Assembly (NCBI GenBank): GCA_947626935.1
Contig: CANQUD010000001.1
Location: 34,089-98,088, forward strand
Direction: 5' to 3'
Origin: an uncultured Clostridia bacterium
GTDB taxonomy: Bacteria > Bacillota > Clostridia > Christensenellales > Borkfalkiaceae
Length of the DNA: 64,000 bases
This document shows, piece by piece, positions 47,393-57,273 of the stretch. How positions within the stretch are numbered: the stretch's first letter is position 1; every line of letters starts with the position of its first letter. Under the pieces are notes generated by a model. The model made no database searches. It had not been told where the DNA came from and saw only the letters and a list, made by a program, of their open reading frames with translations. Position numbers and translations under genes: made by a program.

Positions 47393-47959
47393 TCAAAAAA
47401 TCGCACGGGCGATCTCCGCCTGATGTTCCTCTCTGTCTGCTGCAAGGATCGCCCCGAAGGAAACGTCCTTGTCGGAATGTTTTCCGCGCAGAATGAATCC
47501 GCCGCTGAATTTTTCCCGCTTTCCGCAGACCGTAAGCCCCCTCTCCCTGACGACGGGGAGCTTTGTGACTTCCGCGGCGTAGGAAAAGTTCTCGGCAAAG
47601 ACGATCTCGTCCCCCGCCTCCGCATTCTCCTTCAGAAGCCTCTCGGCAAGCGCCACGCTTTCGTGACGCCCGAGCGCGAGGAGCTGGGCGAGAGCACGGA
47701 GATACACGCCGTCGATGACGCGGCGCTTTTCGGCAAGGAGAACTTTCTGGCTGTCGAGCCTTGCCGTCGCGGCTTTTCCGTCCATCAGGAGCTTGGCACG
47801 CGCCTGCGCGTCCCTCTTCGCCTCTTCGATCTCCCGTTCGGACTCGAGGTTCGCGGCGAGGACGATCTCGTCGGCGCGGTCCTTTGCCGCCTTTACGATC
47901 CCCTCCGCTTCCGCCTTGGCGTCGGAGAGGACACGTTCAACGATCTCTTCCTTTCCCAT
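47393..47959 (-). CDS. ntpE: V-type ATPase subunit E
   Basis: 188 aa. Long N-terminal Ala/Glu/Lys-rich helix followed by a globular C-terminus. Confidence 0.85.
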   Translation of the reverse strand: MGKEEIVERVLSDAKAEAEGIVKAAKDRADEIVLAANLESEREIEEAKRDAQARAKLLMDGKAATARLDSQKVLLAEKRRVIDGVYLRALAQLLALGRHESVALAERLLKENAEAGDEIVFAENFSYAAEVTKLPVVRERGLTVCGKREKFSGGFILRGKHSDKDVSFGAILAADREEHQAEIARAIF

Positions 47960-47960
47960 A

Positions 47961-48515
47961 TCACAGAAGGGCGACGGCGGTCGCTGCGGGTTCCGTCACG
48001 ACGGGCAGATAGTTGAGCGCGGGGACGGCGTTCACGAGGATGATGGAGATGAGAAGCCCGAGGATCGCATAGAATTCGATCATGGCGGGATAGAGGATGA
48101 GCTTGCCGCCGAGGGTCTCCTGTTTGCCGACCGCATAGATGCAGTTGACGGCGGACTTCCCCTGGAAGAAGCCCGTGACAAGCCCCGAGACCGTCATGGG
48201 AAGGACTGCGCCGAAAATCGCCCAGCCTTCTGCCGTCATGCCGCCCGCTCCTGCGACCGCCTGCGTTACGATCAGCTGTTCCTGCAGATTGCCGAGCTGA
48301 TTGGACGCAATCAGGGCGACGATGAAGCCGTAAATGCCCTGCGTCGCGGGGAGCAGAACGAGCACCATGACTTTGCCGAAGAGCTTGGGGTTCTCGGAAA
48401 GAACGCCCGCGGCTGCCGTGCCCGTCTTGTAAAGGCCGATCGCCGAGCCGACGCCGCAGAGGAGCACGCAGAGCGCGATCCCTACCATTCCGATGACGTA
48501 ACCTGTTGTAAACAT
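47961..48515 (-). CDS. ntpK: V-type ATPase proteolipid subunit K (4-TM, duplicated hairpin)
   Basis: Start at ATG 48515 behind GGAGGT. LLPATQGIYGF, GFFQGKS and AMIEFYAILG blocks align with Enterococcus hirae NtpK. Confidence 0.9.
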   Translation of the reverse strand: MFTTGYVIGMVGIALCVLLCGVGSAIGLYKTGTAAAGVLSENPKLFGKVMVLVLLPATQGIYGFIVALIASNQLGNLQEQLIVTQAVAGAGGMTAEGWAIFGAVLPMTVSGLVTGFFQGKSAVNCIYAVGKQETLGGKLILYPAMIEFYAILGLLISIILVNAVPALNYLPVVTEPAATAVALL

Positions 48516-48546
48516 ATGTGACCTCCGAATAAAATTCGTTTTTTTC

Positions 48547-50559
48547 TTAATTTTCCCCCGAAACGGGTGCGAAAGAAGGCTCCGTGACACGGACATGTCT
48601 CTTTTTGGAGCCGAGCGGAGAGAAGAGTTCCCCCTCTCCCTCATAGAATCTGCCATAAAACTCCACATACTGGAGCCTTGCGTCGTGGATGTATGCGCTC
48701 AAGAGTCCCATCGCGAGGTTGAAGATGTGCCCGACGACCATGAGGAGAATGCCGAGGATCGCGAGGGCAAAGTTCCCGCCCGTGATGAACCCGATGCTGT
48801 AATGGGAGATGATCTGCGCGATGACGGCGCCCGAGAGCATGAGACCGTACAGCCTTGCATAGCTCAAGACGTCCGAAGCGTAGTTGATGATCCCGTAGAG
48901 GGAGCCGAAACCCTTTGTGAACTTGCCGAGGAATTTTTCGTGCCTTCCCGCCGTCAAAACAGCCACGGCGAGGGCGGAGACGGCGATGATCGCGCCGACG
49001 GTCGTCAGGATCGAAACGTTGAAATCTTCCACCAGACCGACAATCGCAAGGAGTGCGCCCGCCGAGAATACCGCCCACGTGAGACCGTCGCAGATCCCGT
49101 CGAAGATGCGCCCCTTCCGCCAATGCTGCCAAGCCTTGCAGAGGTACCCCGCAAAGATCTGGATGATGCCGATGATCATGCTGATGATGAGGATGGCGGG
49201 GATATCGATCCCGATGAAGGTCCAGCACCAATGCTGTTCCGTCGCCGCTTCCCCGGGCATCTGGACGCCCAAATCGGGCATGACGGTAAAGGGCAGGAGC
49301 TGGATCCCGAAGAAGGAGTTGAAGAGAATCCCCCAGAGGACGGCGAAGATACCGCCGATCGCGAACACGCCCGCGAGGGACTTGATCCCTCCCTCTTTCG
49401 CACGGTTTTTGAAATACAAAAATCCGCCGCCGAGCATCATGAGCAGCCCGTAGCCGTAATCCCCCATGATAAAGCCCAAAAAGACGGAATAGAAGAAGGA
49501 CATGACGGTGTTCGGGTCGAACTCTCTCGCGTTCGGCGCGGAATACATGTTTGTGATGGTCTCGAAATTTTTGACGACCTTGTTGTTTCTCGCGAGCGTC
49601 GGGACGAACTCATTCTCCTGCGGGTCCGAAAACTCATAGAAGAGCGGGGTCTGCCAACCGTCGAGGACGGCTTTGACCTCTCTTTCCTCATCCGCGGGGA
49701 CGAACGCTTCCAAGAGGAAGGTATGGGCGGTCGAGAGCATCTTTTCGGACGCTTCCGCCTTCTCGAGTTCGAAGCCCGCATAATCGCAATAGATCTTGAA
49801 CTCCCTGATCTCCGCCGAAAGCTCCGAGAGAGTCTTTTCGGCGGCATTCTGCCTGTCGCGGACAGCGGAAAGCTCCCCTTCAAGCTTGGAAAGATGTTCC
49901 GCACCCGTCTCTTCCCCCGTATAGGGGCAAGCGGAGAATCCGCAGGCGGAAAGAAATCCCTCGAGCGCATTCAGGACGCTCTTGTGACAGACGGCACAGA
50001 GAAGCACGCCGTCGTCGAGGCGGACGCTCTCGCAGGCAAAAAGGGAAAGTTCCTCAAATTTGCCTTGAGCGTTGTCCCATGCGGCGGAAGGGACAAGTCC
50101 CAGCCGCACGGCGAAATTTTTGGTGTCCCGATAGGCGGAAAAGGGCTTTTTCAGGGAAGAATAGGGTCGTGCGGAAGAGATCGCGCGGCGGAGACGGGTC
50201 TCCTCGGCGGACGAGGCAGAGATCTCCTCGAGCGAGGAAGAGACAAGTTCCGTGAGACGGTCCGCCCATGCCTTTTTCTCCTTCGCCGCCATGAATTCGG
50301 AGTAGCCGACTTCGAATCCGTCCTTGACGGGTGCGCTCTTCTCTTCCTTGGCGCGGCGTTCGGCATAGAGCGTCAGGGTCTCGAGGGTGTTCTCGAGACG
50401 TTCCAGATAGACTCTCAAGTCCTCGGAATCCCCTTCCGTCCCCTCCGTCCCGTCATGCTCCTTGATCTCGACAGCGTGCGTGCGCTCGAGCGCGTTGAGA
50501 ATGCCGTCACGGTCATAGGAGAGCGCGGCAAGATGCAGTTTTCGCATCTTTGCGATCAC
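48547..50559 (-). CDS. ntpI: V-type ATPase subunit I (stator/channel, a-like)
   Basis: 670 aa. Soluble N-terminal half plus a C-terminal half of about seven TM helices carrying the conserved SYARL Arg motif. Confidence 0.93.
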   Translation of the reverse strand: MIAKMRKLHLAALSYDRDGILNALERTHAVEIKEHDGTEGTEGDSEDLRVYLERLENTLETLTLYAERRAKEEKSAPVKDGFEVGYSEFMAAKEKKAWADRLTELVSSSLEEISASSAEETRLRRAISSARPYSSLKKPFSAYRDTKNFAVRLGLVPSAAWDNAQGKFEELSLFACESVRLDDGVLLCAVCHKSVLNALEGFLSACGFSACPYTGEETGAEHLSKLEGELSAVRDRQNAAEKTLSELSAEIREFKIYCDYAGFELEKAEASEKMLSTAHTFLLEAFVPADEEREVKAVLDGWQTPLFYEFSDPQENEFVPTLARNNKVVKNFETITNMYSAPNAREFDPNTVMSFFYSVFLGFIMGDYGYGLLMMLGGGFLYFKNRAKEGGIKSLAGVFAIGGIFAVLWGILFNSFFGIQLLPFTVMPDLGVQMPGEAATEQHWCWTFIGIDIPAILIISMIIGIIQIFAGYLCKAWQHWRKGRIFDGICDGLTWAVFSAGALLAIVGLVEDFNVSILTTVGAIIAVSALAVAVLTAGRHEKFLGKFTKGFGSLYGIINYASDVLSYARLYGLMLSGAVIAQIISHYSIGFITGGNFALAILGILLMVVGHIFNLAMGLLSAYIHDARLQYVEFYGRFYEGEGELFSPLGSKKRHVRVTEPSFAPVSGEN

Positions 50560-50870
50560 TTCGAGATCCTCCCCACGATTTCCATGACCTGCGGTTCGAC
50601 ATGCTCCAAAATGGCATCGGCGTACTGCGCGGCGTCCTGCTTGCAGGCGGAAAGCGTCTTTTGATAGGCGGCTTCCGCTTCGGCTTTGGCATTCGTTAAG
50701 ATCTCTTCCGTGTGCTTTGTGGCGATCCCTTCCGTTGCCTTGGAAATTTCCATTGCCCGTTTTTCGGCTTCGGTGACAATGGCGGCGGCTTCTGCTTGCG
50801 CATCCGTGACGATCGCAAGCGCCTGTGCCTCCGCTTCGGAGATCATGTCGATAATGTCTTTTTCTTCCAT
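50556..50870 (-). CDS. V-type ATPase small peripheral-stalk subunit (G/H-like)
   Basis: Ala/Glu-rich helical protein at the head of the operon. ATG 50870 is preferred over the TTG at 50882 given in the ORF track. Confidence 0.7.
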   Translation of the reverse strand: MEEKDIIDMISEAEAQALAIVTDAQAEAAAIVTEAEKRAMEISKATEGIATKHTEEILTNAKAEAEAAYQKTLSACKQDAAQYADAILEHVEPQVMEIVGRISK

Positions 50871-50906
50871 ACCGTGCACCAAAACTTCAAAAATTTACCA
50901 ATACAT

Positions 50907-50935
50907 ATTGTAGCCGCATTAGTCGAAAATGTCAA
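50907..50935 (-). promoter_or_regulatory. Promoter of the V-ATPase operon
   Basis: Minus strand reads TTGACA, 17 nt, TACAAT, ~35 nt upstream of the first gene. Confidence 0.7.
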
Positions 50936-51007
50936 GCGGTGGACGGCAAAATTCAAAATTTTCGGGAACGGTTCTCTCCCATTCTGCAGAGAGTCCCTTT
51001 CGCATCG

Positions 51008-51041
51008 GAAAAGGGCGCAAACCCAATTTGGGATCGCGCCC
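51008..51041 (-). terminator. clpB rho-independent terminator
   Basis: Minus strand reads GGGCGC-gatCCCAAattTGGGttt-GCGCCC followed by TTTTCC. Confidence 0.7.
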
Positions 51042-51108
51042 TGTTTCCGTTGCACATTGGAGCCTTAAAAAGGTTTTTGGGGGCAAATTTTCGTCTTTTT
51101 CACGGTAT

Positions 51109-51129
51109 TATGTCTGACATAGTACTATG
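51109..51129 (-). repeat. Quasi-palindromic dispersed element, copy between the clpB stop and its terminator
   Basis: Plus strand reads TATGTCTGACATAGTACTATG. It contains the perfect 12-nt palindrome CATAGTACTATG. Confidence 0.85.
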
Positions 51130-51153
51130 AAAAGCTTCGATATTCGCATTAAA

Positions 51154-53751
<2,598 letters not shown>

Positions 53752-53863
53752 GTTCTTCTCCTCCTTTGCGGTTCTTCGCCGCTCTCTGTGTTCGCATTTA
53801 TTATACCGCTTTTTTGTCCCCGTCAAACAGGGAGACCGCATCCTTTTTGCTCATGAAAATGCG

Positions 53864-53916
53864 AAATTCCAAACCGCCCGACAAAGCCTGTGGCTTTGTC
53901 GGGCGGTTTGGAATTT
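53864..53916 (-). terminator. Very long perfect hairpin downstream of yigZ
   Basis: AAATTCCAAACCGCCCGACAAAGCC-tgt-GGCTTTGTCGGGCGGTTTGGAATTT gives 25-bp perfect arms. Confidence 0.6.
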
Positions 53917-53933
53917 ACAATGTTTCCTGACAT

Positions 53934-54548
53934 TCAGAACGGATAAAAATATTTCTTTCCGACGGAGAGTTTTACACGTCCGTTGAGGAAGTCTCTTGCG
54001 TCTTTGGAGAATGTCTCGGCATCTGTCTCCCTCACGATGACGGTGAAGCGGGCTTCGTCAGAAAAATCGCGGGAAAGGATGACAGTGTTTTCAAGAAAGC
54101 GGAGTACGGCGTTGACCTCGGAATAGTCGACGGAGAGACAGATTTCCGACCCCATATCGTATTTTTTGACGTCGCTCTGTGCGATCCCGTCCGCCGCGCA
54201 GCCCGCATAGGCGCGGGTCAGACCGCCCGCTCCGAGCTTGATCCCGCCGAAATAACGGACGACGGCGATGACCGTTTCTCTCAATTCATGTGCCTTCAGG
54301 ACCCCGAGAATGGGCATGCCCGCAGTGCCCTGCGGTTCCCCGTCGTCCGAGAAGCGCTGCACATTCCCGATCTTGTCGGCGATATAGCCGTAGCAGACGT
54401 GCGTCGCAGCGGGGTGAAGGGAACGCACCTTCAAAAGATACGCCTTTGCCGCTTCCTCGCCCTCGATATGGGCGACATACGCGAGAAATTTTGACTTTTC
54501 GATCGTCTTTTCGGCAACGGTCTCGCCGACGACGCTTTGATAGTCCAT
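53934..54548 (-). CDS. YigZ / IMPACT family protein
   Basis: KSKFLAYV...HVCYGY...FSDDGEPQGTAG.P...VVRYFGGIKLG family blocks. Confidence 0.88.
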   Translation of the reverse strand: MDYQSVVGETVAEKTIEKSKFLAYVAHIEGEEAAKAYLLKVRSLHPAATHVCYGYIADKIGNVQRFSDDGEPQGTAGMPILGVLKAHELRETVIAVVRYFGGIKLGAGGLTRAYAGCAADGIAQSDVKKYDMGSEICLSVDYSEVNAVLRFLENTVILSRDFSDEARFTVIVRETDAETFSKDARDFLNGRVKLSVGKKYFYPF

Positions 54549-54566
54549 ATCTCCCCTCTCGACAAC

Positions 54567-55760
54567 TTATGACAGGCGTTTCACCTTGATATGGACCTTT
54601 TTGCCCTTATGAAGGATGAAATCGCCTGCGGGAAGGGGCATATCCATGGTCGCCTTCTCCTCGCCGACAGAGACGCCGCCCTGCTCGAGGAGCCTTCTCG
54701 CCTCGCCGTTGGACTTGCAAAGTCCCGTCGCGACGAGCACGCCGACGATATTTTGAACCTCTGCGGAGATCTCCCGCACGGGCATCTCCCCTTCGCCCGA
54801 AAATGCCGCATGTGCCTGCGAGCGGGCAAGATCCGCCGCCTCTTTGCCGTGGACGGTCTTGGTGAGTTCATAGGCGAGACGCTCCTTTGCGGCGTTCATG
54901 CGCTCGTCGAGGTGGGCGCAGAGTTCCTTGATCTCGGCGACGGGCACGAAGGTCAAAAGCATGAAGCATTTTTCCACATCCGCATCCGCCGTGTTGCGCC
55001 AGTATTGATAGAATTCGTACGGCGTCGTCTTTTCCGCATCGAGCCAGACTGCCCCCTTCTGCGTCTTGCCCATCTTCTTGCCCTCGCTCGTCGTCAGGAG
55101 CTGGAAGGTCATTGCGAAGGCGGGCTTTCTCTCCTTTCTGCGGATGAGATCGGCGCCCGCGAGGATGTTGCTCCACTGGTCGTCGCCGCCCAGTTCGAGG
55201 GAACAGCCGTACTTCTGATGCAGGACGAGGAAGTCATACGCCTGCATGAGCATGTAGTTGAATTCGAGGAAGGAAAGTCCCCGCTCCATTCTCGACTTGA
55301 AGCATTCCGCCGTCAGCATCTTGTTGACGGAGAAGTGGACGCCGATGTCGCGGAGAAAGTCGATGTAATTGAGTCCGAGCAGCCAATCGGCGTTGTTGAC
55401 GACAGTCGCGGCGTTTTCCCCCTCGAAACGGACGAATTTCGCCATCTGCTTTTTGAAACATTCGACGTGATGGGCGATCGTCTCTTTCGTCATCATCGCA
55501 CGCATGTCCGTCCTGCCCGAAGGGTCGCCGACCATCGCGGTGCCGCCGCCGATGAGCACGATGGGCCGATGCCCCGCGTCCTGCATGTGCTTCATCGCGA
55601 CGAGCTGCATGAAATGTCCGACGTGCAGGGAATCCGCCGTCGGATCGAATCCGATATAGAAGGGAACGCTCTCCTTTCCGAGAAGTTCGTAGAGTTCGTC
55701 CTCATAGACCGTCTGTTTGATAAATCCCCTCTCGCGGAGGGTGTCCATAACGTTTGCCAT
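54567..55760 (-). CDS. tyrS: Tyrosyl-tRNA synthetase
   Basis: HIGH-type motif (SLHVGH), KMGKT (the KMSKS equivalent), C-terminal S4 domain. Confidence 0.95.
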   Translation of the reverse strand: MANVMDTLRERGFIKQTVYEDELYELLGKESVPFYIGFDPTADSLHVGHFMQLVAMKHMQDAGHRPIVLIGGGTAMVGDPSGRTDMRAMMTKETIAHHVECFKKQMAKFVRFEGENAATVVNNADWLLGLNYIDFLRDIGVHFSVNKMLTAECFKSRMERGLSFLEFNYMLMQAYDFLVLHQKYGCSLELGGDDQWSNILAGADLIRRKERKPAFAMTFQLLTTSEGKKMGKTQKGAVWLDAEKTTPYEFYQYWRNTADADVEKCFMLLTFVPVAEIKELCAHLDERMNAAKERLAYELTKTVHGKEAADLARSQAHAAFSGEGEMPVREISAEVQNIVGVLVATGLCKSNGEARRLLEQGGVSVGEEKATMDMPLPAGDFILHKGKKVHIKVKRLS

Positions 55761-55814
55761 CGTTTTCTCCTTGGTTCATCCATTATACAATAGAAAACGC
55801 CGCTCTGTCAAACA

Positions 55815-56015
55815 TTACGCGAGAATTTGCAAAATTTTCGGCTGTCTTGCGCGTTCGCGGACGGCGGTGTTGAGACCTTCCAAACTGTGGAGCGCCTTGA
55901 GAAAGTGTTCCGCCGTCTTGTCGTTCCGCATGCCGAGCAAAAGCTCGCGGTTGCGCATTTCCCGCTTCCGCCGCTCATAGGCTCTGATCTCCATTTCCGC
56001 CTGAAGTTCTGTCAT
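55815..56015 (-). CDS. Possible 66-aa coiled-coil protein
   Basis: MTELQAEMEIRAYERRKREMRNRELLL... The SD is weak (AGGAA). Lies directly upstream of tyrS. Confidence 0.4.
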   Translation of the reverse strand: MTELQAEMEIRAYERRKREMRNRELLLGMRNDKTAEHFLKALHSLEGLNTAVRERARQPKILQILA

Positions 56016-56109
56016 GGTTCCTATTGTATGCAAAAATCATGACAGTATTTGTCATATTCAGAAAAATATTTTCCGAATTTTCGGCAAATTTTTTATAAAA
56101 TCGTACGAT

Positions 56110-56138
56110 TTGACAAGTTCTGTCATCTATGGTAAACT
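56110..56138 (+). promoter_or_regulatory. Promoter of the WYL regulator gene, implying a leaderless mRNA
   Basis: TTGACA, 17 nt, TAAACT. Only 6 nt separate the -10 from ATG 56145, and there is no SD. Confidence 0.55.
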
Positions 56139-56144
56139 ATTCCC

Positions 56145-57062
56145 ATGAAATACGAGATCATGTTCGGTATCCTGTTTACCCTTCTGTCGAGAAGAAAGAT
56201 CAGCGCGGGAGAACTTGCGAGAAAGTATGAAGTCTCCGTGCGTTCGATCTACCGCTATGTGGATGAAATGACCGTCGCGGGCATTCCCATCGACGTCACG
56301 CGCGGGTCTCTCGGCGGACTCAGCATTCCCGACAATTTCAAGCTGCCGAAAGGACTGCTCACGCGCGAGGAATACGCCCGCACGACCGAGGCGATGCTTG
56401 CGATGCTCGGGCAGACCCATGACGGCGTGCTCGAAAGCGCGTACGGCAAAGTGACGGCGCAGGTCAAGACGGAGAAATTCGACACCGCCCTCTCGGGGCA
56501 CATCCTCGTCGACAGCGGCACGTGGGGGGACGAGAGAAAGTTCTCCGACAAGCTGACCATTCTCGACAGAGCGATCGAGGAGAGGAATGCGCTCGAGATC
56601 GATTATTTCAACCGCACGGGCGAAGGGACGAAGCGCATTATCCACCCCCATCTCCTCATTTATAAGCAAAACATCTGGTATGTGTGGGCATTCTGCATGC
56701 TGCGGGGAGAATTCAGGACCTTCCGCGTCGGACGCATGCGGTCCATCAATATCACGGGCGAGACCTTTGAGCGACAAGACTTCAAGCGGGAAGATATTCC
56801 CCTCAATTTCTGGCGGAATGAGCGGATCGCAGAGGTCAAACTCAAGATCGCGTTTGAAAAACTTCCCTATGCCGAGGACTGGTTGGGCGTGGACAACATC
56901 TACAAACGGGGCGAGGAATACTTTGCGGAGCTGGTCCTTCCCGACGACGAGGCGCTCGTGGGGAATATCCTCTCCGCGGGGTCGGGGATCACCGTCATTT
57001 CCCCTCCCGCGCTTGCCGAACGCATCAAAAAAGAGGCGGAGAAGATCTCTGCCTCGTATTGA
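56145..57062 (+). CDS. YafY-type transcriptional regulator (wHTH, WYL and WCX domains)
   Basis: ISAGELARKYEVSVRSIYRYVDEM HTH. WYL block IHPHLLIYKQNIWYVWAFCMLRGEFRTFRVGRM. Confidence 0.88.
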   Translation: MKYEIMFGILFTLLSRRKISAGELARKYEVSVRSIYRYVDEMTVAGIPIDVTRGSLGGLSIPDNFKLPKGLLTREEYARTTEAMLAMLGQTHDGVLESAYGKVTAQVKTEKFDTALSGHILVDSGTWGDERKFSDKLTILDRAIEERNALEIDYFNRTGEGTKRIIHPHLLIYKQNIWYVWAFCMLRGEFRTFRVGRMRSINITGETFERQDFKREDIPLNFWRNERIAEVKLKIAFEKLPYAEDWLGVDNIYKRGEEYFAELVLPDDEALVGNILSAGSGITVISPPALAERIKKEAEKISASY

Positions 57063-57273
57063 AAGAAGATCGAGGATCGTTGCCCACCCCCTACCCCCCC
57101 TCGGGAGGGGGTAAACACAGCGGCTACGAGCGGGGCACCTGCTCCGTCCGTTTGACGGGATCCTTCGGCTGCGCCTCTGGATGAACGGGACCCCCTACCC
57201 CCCCTCCTTGGGAGGGGGTAAGAGCATGGCGGCTGCGCCTCTGGATGAACGGGCCCACCCCCTTGGGTGTAGC
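57063..57273. repeat. GC-rich hairpin repeat cluster between convergent genes
   Basis: GGCTGCGCCTCTGGATGAACGGG occurs twice (57167-57189 and 57231-57253). Two TACCCCCCC..GGAGGGGGTA hairpins are present, as is the GGGATCCTTCGG module. Confidence 0.8.

Noticed and set aside
53752-53863. CtsR operator or CIRCE element upstream of clpB
   Set aside because: There is only a single GTCAAAC and an inverted TTTGTCC, not the tandem GGTCAAA heptads. No TTAGCACTC-N9-GAGTGCTAA is present.
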